Both the position numbers and the translations under genes were made by a program. The notes beneath the pieces are model-generated. The model did no database searches. It saw only the letters and a list, made by a program, of their open reading frames with translations, and had not been told where the DNA came from. This document shows, one piece after another, positions 27,639 to 40,879 of a stretch of DNA of 64,000 nt. Location of the stretch: positions 28,953,504 through 29,017,503 of the forward strand of contig OZ037765.1 of the NCBI GenBank assembly GCA_964035545.1. Direction: 5' to 3'. Source of the stretch: Bugula neritina. Taxonomy: Eukaryota > Animalia > Bryozoa. How positions within the stretch are numbered: the first letter of the stretch is position 1; each line of letters starts with the position of its first letter.

Positions 27639-30600
27639 ATGATGCCTACAGTATCTCCCATCGGCACAAGAGACCCAGAGGCAGCTAACTACTTCACAAC
27701 AGAAGATCCTGAGAAATTATTTGAAGATCTGAGAGAGATAGGACATGGCAGTTTTGGTGCTGTGTATTATGTAAGTAGTGCTCTCCGTTGTTCTTCTACA
27801 GCTCACTCCATTTCATGAGTTGAGCTGGACCAGCAGCTACTTGACATCAGCTCTTTCAGTGCTGTCAGCAGTGGTTCTAAATACCCCCAACACAGCATGT
27901 AGTAGAACAAGTTTTTTTTGTTTTTGTTATTGTAAATTACTGTTGTTTTTTGTTAGAGCACAAATTTGATTGTTAATTGCCCAAGGTTTCTATGGGGTTG
28001 GTTGGAAACAAAGAAGTTTGTGTGTAACTGGTAGGTGACCTGGTCATAAAGGTGGTGAGTCATCCCACCTGCTCGCTACTTGAACTTCCAGTCACTGCAT
28101 TTCACTGGAACTTGGTAATTTCAATGAGGAGACAATCAGTTTCAGGGACCCTGTATACTAGTTTACATTTTAGGAAACTATTATGGCTACAATATTCTGT
28201 TGGGTGCAAAAATGTAGATTTTATCCGGCCTGGGTTTATAATTTTTGGAACCCGGTACTTTATTTTATAGTCTCCTACTGCAGGGTTTCACCAGAACTAC
28301 ACTATAAATAGCAAATAAAAGAAATTTGACTTCCTCTCATTATAATGTGTTACGATTATATTATTATTATGATATGATGTACTATTATAAATGTCATCAT
28401 GCTCAGTCTATCAACTATTTACTTGGAAAGCTACAGTGAAGAGAAGTAAGTCTATGCGTGTGTATTGCAGGCTAGAGAAGTGACCAGCAAGGAGATAGTA
28501 GCCATAAAGCAGATGAGCTATGGAGGCAAGAAGTCTCTAGAGGTGATACACCACTACCTTACATCTGTATTCATTATAGAGACTCATTAGATCTGTGTTA
28601 TTCTCCAATGGAGTCAAAGTGTCCTGTAAGACATGGCTTCTGTCTGTCCTTCCCCCTGGCCTTACGCTTTCGCTAATTCATGTCTCTAATTTTCCTTGAA
28701 GCTGTAAAAAATGGGGTTCTATTTAAAAAGAAATCACTTTTAAAAGTTTATTGGTTGCCTTCCTCTTTTCTAAGTTTTGGAATTAGCATTAATCAGCATT
28801 TTTTAAAGCTAAACTATATTTCTGTGAGCTATAAGCTATGTTCTACACTCAATACAAACACCAAAGTACTCGAGGTAGTTGGGAGTAACCAGTTGTATAT
28901 AATGTACTTACTGAATACTGAAACAAGAACACAGTTCTCTCATGAAATCAAATTATCCTGGCGCACCCCTATGACACCCCTGTGACACAGTGGTGTATTA
29001 TTTGTTGACTGCCTGCTCTTATCTCAACACAATTGTTTCAACACACTAATGAGCGTAGCAGGTCTTTTTGGAATGTTGATGCAGCTTAAAAATTGATTTA
29101 CCAGTGTATTTCGTGACAAGAATGCCTACTCTGCCTTTTGTTTAACATCAAAAAATGTGTTGTCATATCAACTGAAATTCTTGTAGTTTTCCTGACCACT
29201 ACTTCCCATTTAGAGATAGGATTGGAATACAGAGTGTTATGTTACAGTTTGTTGCCTGGTAACCAACTGTTCTCATGCCTCTGTAGTAACAAAAAGCCCA
29301 TCTAAACTTTACAAAGCTATTCTAAAGAATATAATTATTGGTTTTGTAAAAATACACTTTTGGCAGGGAACCTATTTTTAGTAGCACATAAGTAGACAGG
29401 GTGAACTGGTATAAGTTGTGTAAGCTATAATTACCAGGTTACTGAGATGTCGGGTCATTGTTCACTCATAGCAACTCACTTTCTAGATATTTGGCAGCTG
29501 AGGATTTCTTGATAGAGTTTTAGGGCCAAAGATGGTGTTTGAAACTGTTTTTTTAACCCGTAAGATGCTGCTTTTAAAGTTGACATTTGTTGTTAACTGT
29601 TTCTTCAGCTTTTCTTATGCTGTTGTGGAATTCATCTTCTTACCACACAGATTTGTTCTAATGCTGGTCAACTGTTGTGATGTAGAAATGGCAAGATATA
29701 GTGAGAGAAGTGAAGGTGCTGTGTAACCTGAAACATAGGAACACTATACATTACAGAGCATGCTACCTAACTGATCACACAGCTTGGCTAGTCATGGAAT
29801 ACTGTCTAGGTTCTGCATCTGATGTAGTAGAGGTGAGTGGGGTGATAGATACGCCACCCTCAGGCAGATATTAGATTGAGTAAGAACGTGGGTTTTGGGA
29901 GTTATCTTATTCTAAGCAACTCGTTGAAAATTATCCTTTGAAACATGTTGAAAAAAATCATTGGCTGTAACACTGATGAAATAAGTACTGTGTAAAATAT
30001 TGTTGACCATATATATGTTGAAATTGATGCTTTATGTGTCTGCCAAGTCTGCTGTTTGTATCACAGGTAGATTTACAGGTAAATTTGTAATAAAAGGTTT
30101 TCTACGACAATAAAGCTCACAGCATGTTACACGAGAATGAATAGCCATGCCTTTGTCTAGGTACACAAATGTGCCCTGAGGGAGGAGGAAATATCAGTTA
30201 TATGTAGAGACACTCTGGCTGCCCTGGAGTACCTCCACGCTATGAACTACATCCACAGGGATGTGAAGGCAGGGAATATCCTTCTCACAGATAATGGCAT
30301 TGTGAAACTTGGTTAGTGAGAGAGGATAATACAAATATATAGTGTTGTATACATGTGTGTATATATTATAATGTTGTGTGTATATGCATGTGTATATCAT
30401 AGTATTGTGTGTATGTAATGTACATATTATAGTATTGTGTTTGTGTGTTTATTTATTTCTCTACACTAATCGATTTAATATATGCATATGGTATACATGT
30501 TTACTATTACCCTTCTAACAGTATCGGTACACAAATTAACTCACAGTATCATATTCTTTATTGTAAACGACAATAAATAAAATTTCCTATTTTATATTTA

Positions 30601-33600
30601 CTGAAATTTTGGTTTCATTGCAGGTCAATATAACCAACATTGGAAATTATTGCAGTTTAAAAATTTTGTTCTCACTTTTATTTAGTTGCAAGTCTGCTGT
30701 AGCCACAGTAGGTTCAGACGCCTTGTGTGGGTATAGTAGGTGGTGCTGTGTGTATAGAGCCAGTCAACCCATATAATGCATATGTATGAATACTTGAATT
30801 CATTGTCACTTTGGTTTGCAGCTGACTTTGGGTCGGCATCATTGTCGTGTCCCGCCAACTCCTTTGTCGGTACGCCATACTGGATGGCACCGGAGGTCAT
30901 CCTAGCTATGGATGACGGAGAATATTCTGGAAACTCTGATATCTGGTCTTTAGGTATTACCTGCATTGAGTTGGGTAAGTATTACAGTATACTATATTAT
31001 ATATACGTGTATTGTATTGTTTCAATAGTATGCAAGTATATATGTGTACATCAATCTGTGTACCACAGCTATTTCAGGGTTTGTCCCCTCATCATCACAG
31101 AACAGAGTTCCCTGTTCCACACCTACCTGTATACATGTACCTGTATATATATTGTTTCTATTTCATTGTTTAGCTTCTTGTATCTACTTGAGTTTTGCTA
31201 TATTTTAGCTGAAGGTAAGCCACCTCTATTCAACATGAATGCAATGGCGGCACTCTACCACATACCTCAGAATGAGGCTCCCACTCTCGCTGACCCCAAT
31301 TGGTCAGCTGAGTTCAACAGCTTTGTACAAACTTGTCTGACTAAGTCACCTGAAGACCGGCCTGGTGCTGCCGTCGCGATGACGGTGAGTCATTCAGCTC
31401 CTGCTCTACTTCTGTCAGCTATGTCAGCTCTCTGTGCGGTGTCTTGTGTTATAACTCTTCTTGATGTTTTGCAGCACACCTTCATCACGATGCACGCGGC
31501 GAGGTCGTACGATATTATAAGAGATTTGATTACTCGCACTAAAGCGGTTGTAAGGGAAATGGATAAAAGAAATGCCAGAAAAATAAAGAAGTTTTTAATG
31601 GAGGAGTACACGGAAGATAGCGTTAGTCTGACGGAGTCAAATGGAAGTCTGCCTCACACCGACAGCATATCTTTACCTGACGAGTCCTCCCAGGTATACC
31701 TGCTTGTCTTATACCCATAAATACCAGACTGTTGTCGCTTTACCTTCACCCCAATATTTTAATAGATAAGTTTCACCCTTTACTGTATAATACACTTAAT
31801 TGGTGCATTATACTCTAGCATACTACCAGTGCCAGCTGCTCGTGCTCAGTTTAATCTTGCTTCTGTTTAGATTCTACTTACCTGTCATATTTACACACTG
31901 GAGTTGTTTCCTCTCATACCTTAGAAGCGTTGCTGAATAGCTTTTCGTGCAGCTTCATGCATCAGTATAGCCACTTGCAATGTTAAACATAGCAGGCAGA
32001 AACTTCAGGCTGATGATTGCTGCACCATTTAGATTAAACCTACTAGTTGCTTGCTTGTAGTAGTTATTTGTTAACAAATTAATATACGGCTGTGACAGGA
32101 CGAGTACAGTAGTATGGGCGGTGGCAGCACTACTAACAGCGTGTGTAGCTCTGATATGAATCCCGACCCTACGTCAGATAACCTAGACAGTGATCATACA
32201 GAACGTCTTGACCTCACCCCTATGGCCACCCAACCTTTCTCTATTCACCGGGTAAGATACTCTGCTACTAACTACTCTATAAACAGTACTACTCTACATA
32301 CAGTACTATACTACATACAGTACTACTCTACACACAGTACTACTCTACATACAGTACTACTCTACATACAGTACTACTCTACATACAGTACTACTCTACC
32401 TACAGTACTACTCTACATACAGTACTACTCTACATACAGTACTACTCTACATACAGTACTACTCTACACACAGTACTACTCTACACACAGTACTACTCTA
32501 CACACAGTACTACTCTACACACAGTACTACTCTACATACAGTACTACTCTACATACAGTACTACTCTACATACAGTACTACTCTACACACAGTACTACTC
32601 TACCTACAGTACTACTCTACAAAAGATATCTTCTCTACAAACATGTATATTTCTTTTGCACATAGTTTGGTAGAAGTTTAACATCTATGGGTTTACTGGT
32701 CTCGTGCTTTTATGTAATTAAATTTAACTCCACAATATTAACAAATAATTGAAGTTTTCTTTAAAAATTTTGTCTGTAATACATCAACAGTTGTCCGTCT
32801 ACCCATCTATGATATCCAATATGTCAGAAGTATAGTACAACACATATTAGTATGTGTATAACAACACAGATTAGTATGTATATAACAACACAGATTAGTA
32901 TGGATGCCATCTAAAGATTAACTTATGATACTTCAGTCTGACTCTAATAGTCTCAGTTGTAAACACCTAAATCATTTATGTTATTGATAGATTAAACTTC
33001 ACCTTACTCTCATGTGTACAACCTTGTTGGTTTGATTAGCACATTATAGACAATTAACATTAGGTCCTGGACTACAACGCATAAGTGAAACCTCAATTTC
33101 ATCGCTCAGTTTTGCAGCAGAAAAGTTAAAGGCTGCCACATGTTCATCACCCTTGGTGTATTACAGCTAAACTTAGTAAATAAAACACACCTATAGATTT
33201 GTATTCAACCAATATTTGATGATATCCCGCTGGTATTTTTAATTATGTGTGTAATGATAACATTTCTATGCTTCTGTTAACATTGTGAATAGTTACAGTT
33301 TTTACTTGTGATGTGCTTTAGTAGAGTATCTTATACTCAGCCTTCATTCTTACAGCCGGCTTATAGTAACGGTGACGTGTTTATGTCTAATGGTAACACT
33401 CCTGTTATACACAACACCTTGCATGCCGACGCCTACATTCGGCAGCCAGGTCACGCTGCTGCCGGCCTACCCTACGCGCACGGGCGCAGTCGGAGATTTG
33501 TAAGTGTGGGTTGTTGTCGCATGCTCTCCCTTGTATACTGTTAACATTGTTTTGCGCTGCTAATGGTTCAACGACTCTTACTGCTTGCACCTCTTAATGC

Positions 33601-36600
33601 TGTGTTTTGGAGTGAAATACTCAACTTTATCTGGCTGTCTGTCGCCCTTTTGTGTTGTCGCTTTATTTTCTTCTGTTGAAGCTTGGTTTTGTGTCTGCTC
33701 GTCTCCAAGGGAGATAACTCCAATGTAATTTGCCCGGCTGACAACTCGAACTTAATTTAGAAGTTTGGGTTGCTTCAGTTATTGTGGGAAAGTTTTGTTT
33801 CCCCAAACATGTTAACTGACACAAGTTACATAAGTATGCTGTGTGCAACTCAGTACACAGCATACTTATGTGTTCACCTTTCAAAGTAAAGGAGTGTAGA
33901 GTCATTGTTTTATCGTGCATTGTATTGTATGTCGCATGATCTGGAGCAACTGGTTGGTTGTCTTTGCTACTTGGAGAAGTTTATTGTATGAATTTGTTGA
34001 TTCAGTGACTTCTGTTCAACACCAACTTTGTTTTATGCATTTGTCAGTATTAGGATTGGTGAGATAGTACATATAAATGTTGTTAGCTGTTATCTTTTGC
34101 CTACTGGCTGTTCATTTTCTATACATGCGCAAATTTCAAATTTATCATTTCGTATTAAACCACTCCTTGCCCACAAGTTGATTTGTTACTTGTGAATGTA
34201 ATATATGGTTGAATGAACCAGTGGCATGATAGTAAACAGTATGCATTTCTCACATTTCAGAACAATGTGGCCGGACAGGAAAGTAGTCCATATGGTAAGA
34301 ATGGTGATTTCTCAACCATCCGCACACCTTCTATTGTGAAGAAGCAGAAGGTGGAGCAGGCTCAAGATGATCACTTTAAGGAGCAAATGAATGGATACAA
34401 GAGGATGAGAAAGCAGCACCAGAAAGAGTTGCAGCAGGTTGCTATGTTCTTGTACATGTGTCACTACAGCTTCTATACATATGTCACTACAGGCTATATA
34501 CATGTGTCGCAACAGTTACACTGCGTACTCTGTAGTATGTATGTAAATATTTTATTTGGTTTTAATATATGTAGACTTTCTCTTTGTTAAACATATTAGT
34601 ATGGTTTCTGTGATATGCTTCTACAGCTGGAGGAAAAGCTGAAGAGCACTTTAGAAGCACACGAGTCCAAACTGTCCAGAGACTATGAGAATTGCATGAC
34701 TAACTGCTACAGAGAATTGGAGAAAGTTAAAAGGCAGCATCAGCAAAACAAAGACAAATCAGTAAGTGGCTGTTGTGTAGTATACTGTTGATACTACAGT
34801 ATGATATACTGTTGATACTACAGTATGATATACTGTTGATACTACAATATGATATACTGTTGATACTACAATATGATATACTGTTGATACTACAGTATGA
34901 TATGCTGTTGATATTACAATATGATATACTGTTGATACTACAATATGATATACTGTTGATACTACAATATGTTATACTGTTGATACTACAGTCTGTTATA
35001 ACACACCTCACGTGTCTGCGTTACAGTTGAGTGCGGCGCAAGCTGACGAGGATCATCTACATAAACATCTGCTGAAACAGCACAAGGTAGAGTTAGACAA
35101 ATTCAAGAAGGATCTGGCAAAGGAGAAGAAACAGAAGAATGAGTCTATGAAAAGAGTAGGTAGCTCTGCGTGTACTGGAGATGTCACCGTTACTTTGTGG
35201 TTATACTGTTGTATCTCTTACCATCACTTGTTGTAGTCGCTGAGTGCAACACCAAAAAGAGATAAAGAGGAACCGATAAAAAGCTTCAAGCAGACGCTGG
35301 ACCAGGAGCTCAACCAAGCCTTAACAGATAAGGTGAACAGTCAGGAGCGCATAACCAAATTGCAGATTAGAAAGTTCAAGCGTCAGAAAGTCATCGGGTT
35401 ACATCAGCTGGAGCAAAAGCAGCTTCGAGAGGTTTGCATCTCGTTTCATATGACTCGTTACAGCTAGTGTATGGTATTAATAGTTGTCTGCCCACCAGAG
35501 TCTTGTACTTGATACGTTATCAATTATTGCTGCAACCATCAGTATTCCATTGTAGATTCTGTTTTCAAAAGGAAATCTTATTTTATATGCTTTCTAATTT
35601 TTGCTTTAGAAATGCTTGATTTTTCACTTCCGGCATTAGGTTTTCTGATCTGAAAAAAAGTTTATTTAGTTGATTAGAAGTTGGTGAGTCATCATAAAGT
35701 GCTGACTAATCTGTACAATGTCTGACAGGAGTTGAACAAGAAAGAAGTGCATATGACGGCAGCACACAGCATGCTGGGTAGACACCACGATGAGATTCAG
35801 GACATGGAGTACAAGAACCTGGCAGCAATACACAAGCTGAGAGATGAGCAGCTGCGTAAGCAGCACAGCACCGAGATACAGAACCAGGAAGAGTACACAG
35901 ATCGGCAGCAGAAAGAGCTGCGCAAGAAACACGCCTTGCAGACAAAGCAATTACCTAAAAGTATTAATGTGAGTGTTGCGGGGTGGGATGTGATGTCTGA
36001 AATGTGTATGGCGTGAGCTGATTTAGTTGGAAATTGTGTGAATGTGATCTGTACTCGTCTTCTTTGCAGCTGACTTTATCCATGCTTAGCATCTTATCTT
36101 TTAGTTGAGTAGCAAAAGAAGTTATGTTCAAAATTTCAACCCTCGCCTCAAACCAAAATTTATAAAGAAATTTAAAGAATTTAGGCTATCTCAATTTCTC
36201 TACTACTACTCCTAAATGCTTACTTCTGAGCTGAGTTCCGTTTCATTGTAGGAAAGTCGAGCTCGAGTAAAGAAGCAGCTACGAGAAGCCTTGGACACTC
36301 AGAGCAGACAGTTTAAAGCTCGAAAAGAGGAGGAGTTGTCCCGGGCACCCCGTAACGAACACCAAAACGTGAAAAAGCGTCTAAAGGATGAACAAGACTT
36401 CAAGAGTGCCGAGTTATACGAGATGTACAGACAGATCCTGGACGACTTGGTCACTCAGCAAAATGTGAGTCTCAACTTGACGCAGTGTTCTGTGAGTGTT
36501 TATTGTGTGCAGTTCAGCAACGAAACTTAGTTCTTCATTGTATTCTATTTTGGGTTCTTAGCATATAAGTGCTCTACTTGAGTCATGTTTCATATTGGTC

Positions 36601-38550
36601 TCCCTCTTGCTTTCGTACTGCTCTCTGTACTTTCCTTAGTTGAAACTGTGATTTAGTTTTCTTCACTAAACTTTTTGGATATAATTGTGATTTATTAATT
36701 AAACTAGTTTTGAACTAAATGCTGAGACACACGATTATTTCATAAGCTGAAACAAGACAGCGGTAAAACTCATATTAAATGAGTAAACAATAACACTGCT
36801 GACGTAGAGGTTAAAGTCAAACTTAGTTCATTTTGAGATATTTTTAAGAAAATAGCCTATTGCCTAAGTTCTTGTACTTTTGTTTATTGGCTCCATATTG
36901 GTTGTTGAGGTGAAAAGAAGATAAAGTAACTAATGAATCTAATTCCTATGTTGTTATAACAAGTTCACTGAGCAACTTGCTTAACGTCTGCAGCTAGTCT
37001 AGAGTCGGTGTGTTAGTCATTATTCTAGTCAGCGTGTCATGTGGCAGTCAGTCAAGTGTTCCGCAGCTGCCGGCCACTTGGCTTGTCAAGGTTGATTGCA
37101 CTGCTCCTGCACTGAGCAGACATCCTAATCCAGTGCTGCCACTCGTGCTGCCTCTTACCTAGTATTGATCCCAGGAGCTGCTAGGGATGTGCTACACTTC
37201 TTGACCTAATGATGATCCTTACAGCAAACAAGGCGTGTCACCTCTTGCATAATTAATGTATTATACCACCCCTTGCTTCTTCTACTCTCACTAACAACTG
37301 TACAAACACTAGACTACACTTCAGTTGTATTTACATCTCCTTACAGCATCGAGTGTTGTAACTGTTTTGTATTACAGCATTAATCACACCTTCTCTATCT
37401 AGTCTTTGTGTTAACCACATGTAATACTACATTTATTAGCATACTAGCCATTAGCTCACAGATAATCCGATTTAGGTAGCAATATGTGCACCCCCTCCTA
37501 CCATTTGCACCTTCTCATCATCTAAGGAGTTTGTGGTTATGTCACCCTGACATCCTTGGGAACTAGTATAGCAGTTGCAGATAAATCCAGTGACTATACA
37601 GTCTGTCTGCTTACCTGTAACAGTACACTAGCCTACTACCTATTTAACACTGTTTGTTTGTCATAATGTCACAATAATTAAAGAGCTTAGGCTATCTCAA
37701 TTTCTCCATGACTGCTCCTATATGGTGTTACTCTGGTGTAGAGTGTCTGCTTAGTTGATATTTCATTGCAATAAAACTTATTAGCAGTGGTTTGACAAGG
37801 TGGACGGATATTTTTATGTTGCCCTTAACCTGTAAGTAGAGTCACAGTGTCTGCATGCTGTGCCACCAGGTGACGCTAGACGAGTCAAAGGAGGCGGAGA
37901 CCGTGGAACTGAAGAAGAAGCTGGTGCAGGAGACAGAGCTGCTCATGGCCTACCAGTCTAAGATCAGAATGCAGACAGACGGTCTGCACAGCAGAGAGAA
38001 GAAAGAGCTGCAAGACAGAGTCTCTCTTCGACGTGCTGAGCTCGAACAAAAGGTTGTCTTGCAGTGAAACGAAAAGTTTTAATTCAAACTAGGAATACTA
38101 TTTTAAATATGTGTTTATATTGTTATGTCAACTGAAAATTTAATTGTAACTGTAGTTAGTATATGTTAGTATATAAAAGTGTGATTGGGTGTTGGTAATT
38201 GAGTAGTAGCTCTGATTACAGGAATATTTAGAAGTTGCTTTAAGAGCATTTCATTGGAGCTGTTTGTCTCATGACTCTCTGATATTCTGTAGATTGAAGA
38301 CGAACTGCATAAGTTCAGTAATGAAAGGGCAACTTCTCAGCGTAAGTTGTATGAAGGACAAGCCAAAGAAATAGAACTGTTTGACAGTGAAACGAGATCT
38401 GCCGGTATAGATCCAGTAGACATTTACACAGCTGACGATGACTTTACTAGAATACTAGATGATGGTGATGGGTGCAGTGTTTCTAGTGCCACTCCATCCA
38501 ACGGTCTTAGCACCAGTAGCAGTATGACTTCATTTAACACCCAGCTTTAG
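27639..38550 (+). CDS. TAO: Ste20-family TAO kinase (TAOK1/2/3 orthologue), about 958 aa
   Basis: 17 exons, 2877 nt: 27639-27770, 28471-28542, 29686-29832, 30161-30311, 30822-30974, 31209-31384, 31475-31693, 32099-32251, 33356-33499, 34261-34437, 34627-34761, 35027-35155, 35237-35431, 35729-35968, 36252-36464, 37870-38052, 38293-38550. Motifs [66 protein letters not shown]...[16 protein letters not shown]-terminal coiled coil. Confidence 0.97.
32283..32621. repeat. 17-bp minisatellite, about 20 copies, TAO intron 8
   Basis: Unit ACAGTACTACTCTACAY. Explains the repetitive tail of ORF 32114-32665. Confidence 0.95.
32837..32902. repeat. 24-bp tandem repeat, about 2.7 copies
   Basis: Unit ACAACACAKATTAGTATGTRTATA. 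Confidence 0.75.
34781..34992. repeat. 24-bp minisatellite, about 9 copies, TAO intron 11
   Basis: Unit TATACTGTTGATACTACARTATGA with internal inverted repeat ATACTGT/ACAGTAT. Explains ORFs 34727-35011 and 34773-35030. Confidence 0.95.
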
Positions 38551-40879
38551 TCCTTGCCAGATACACTCTCCGCTGGCACCAGTCAGGCATAATACTATTG
38601 AAATTATTACATTGTATATCTTTTTAATAAAAATGAAAATTTTTTAGTGTACAAAATAATTGTTGTTGAACTGTTCAATTTTGATAACACTGCATGCTAA
38701 AGTAAAGTTGGTTCTATTATACATATATTTCGTTGATTGGTATTAATTAAATACCATACTGATGGTGCTTGTGATGGTGTAGTAGTTCTGTACTATTGGG
38801 AACTCTGCGTTCTACATAATGTGTATGATACTGCCCTCTGTATGTTGGAGTTATACTCTCATGTTCTGTCTAGCACACTTGTATTATATTAGATGTCACT
38901 GTATTGCATCTATTTAGTCACCTTGTATTTACTCGCCTTTCTTTCAATCACTCACTCAGGCGCAGTACCTTCTACTGTAGACAGTTGTACTCACACTGGA
39001 TATACGTTGCCCTGAACTATTTCACTATTAGTAAATTTTAATTCTATAATTATGGTAATAACTATATTATCTTAAATAAATTATTGACAACAAACAACAA
39101 AAATTGTTGAAAATTATTTAATGCTTACTAGACATTGTATTAGATTTTTTAGTGCACCTTCAAACATAACAAAAATGATTGTTAAGAAAAATTATCAATT
39201 TCAAAGACCTTGCAAGAACTGCCTTAGTATTGTATATTAAGTCAGAGCTGTAAACTAATGCTAGGATTAAAAAGATGGTCACATAAAGTGCATGAACTGG
39301 ATCTTTGGTTTTCTGCAATACTCACAACTGGTCCACTGCTACACAGCTTGTACATGGAAGAAATTATTAATGCAATAAAATTGTGGGTGGCGTGCAGCTA
39401 CATAAACTTGAGCTAAAGTTTCTGAAGAAATTGGCATAAAGTTTATCCGTCTCTGCATTCAATTATAGTTACACACAAATATTTATGTAATATGTTTTAC
39501 TGTTACAGATGCAGAGCAGCTTGTATATTATGTTCAATTATTGTGTAAAATATACACACTGCACACATATTTATGAGTATGTGCACTTTAATGGAGGCAT
39601 CTACCTATAGGTTATGTTAGTTTCTGCATCACTGGCCTCAGTCATTGCGATCTCCTGCAATACTGAAATATAGAAAACTATATCAACTGTTTACTCAGCT
39701 AGAATATGATCCTTTTACACCTTAGCTTTTTATTTCATATACCTGAAAAGTTATAGAACTGTCCTAGCAGTTGAATAACATTTTTTAAGTATACGGATGC
39801 TTTGAAATAAAAAATTAAGATGTAAAATAATCGTCTTATTCTAGCAGTTAAATGACTTTCTGTAACTCTGCTAGTGATAGCAACAAGAAATGTTTGTTAC
39901 CATTGAACTATAATATAGTTTCAGTTCAGTGTTTGTTACCTTTAGTTGACATCTCCTTTTAAACTTGCAACCTTCAAAGATGTCACAAGCTTTTGATTTG
40001 CTCTGATTTGCTACTGAAATGTAAATATATGTGAAACATAAATGCCACCAAAACCAGTTTTACATAAACAAGATTATTGTGTCAATGTGTTAAACTTACA
40101 TATGGGCAAATTTAACTTTGGTTAAGTGTTTAAATTGTATACACAATATATGAACTGTAGTGCATAAGTGCTCCCTTAGTCCTAAAAACGCTGGAGGTTA
40201 TTGGCAATATTATTGGCACTCTAGGTTACTGACATTGAACTGAGTGTTGTGTTACTTTCTATTGAGCAGTAAATATAGATGCTTTAATGTGAAACAAGTA
40301 AACCACCCATCTTTGTATGCTGTTAATGGGGTTGCTATAGGTTTGTTTACCTATTGAAGCAGGTGAACGTCTTTGGTTAGGTCATTGAATGAATAGCAGC
40401 TTTATAAATCTATTATTCAAATTGTATTATTCAATATTAAGTAAACTATGAAGTGAAGCTTTTTTTATTAGGAAACTTTGATTTTAATGACGTTTACACT
40501 TTCTAGCAGCATTCCATTGTATGAATCAGAATTATGAATAATAATGGTATGACTATTATGAACTTGTGTGTTCATACGTTTAGCGTATCACAAATACTAC
40601 AGAGCTGTTTAATTAGCCAATCCAGTTCCTTATAGTTACCCGACATCTTATACATATATAGTAAGCAGCGCTAATGTTGATAGTCAGTTTATAAATGCAC
40701 AAACTAAAGTGGAGCTGTGCGTTGCATTTATTAGAAAACTCAAATAGAGGGTTATGCACAGACTTGAAAAACTTCAACCTTGATTAATAACCCCTCTACA
40801 AAACAAGCTAGCTTTTAGTGGGACAAGAAAGCAACATACTGGACCCTGTTTTTTTATTACCAACAGGTAGATCTGTTAA

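Noticed and set aside
37020-37250. GC-richer stretch in TAO intron 15 as a possible alternative terminal exon (LPATWLVKV...PLT*)
   Set aside because: Weak acceptor, no recognisable homology and no nearby poly(A) signal; not the junction at which vertebrate TAOK2 isoforms diverge, as I recall it.
36174-37707. 27-bp sequence AAAGA.YTTAGGCTATCTCAATTTCTC repeated in TAO introns 14 and 15
   Set aside because: Short; no boxes, TIRs or TSD; probably a fragment of an interspersed repeat.
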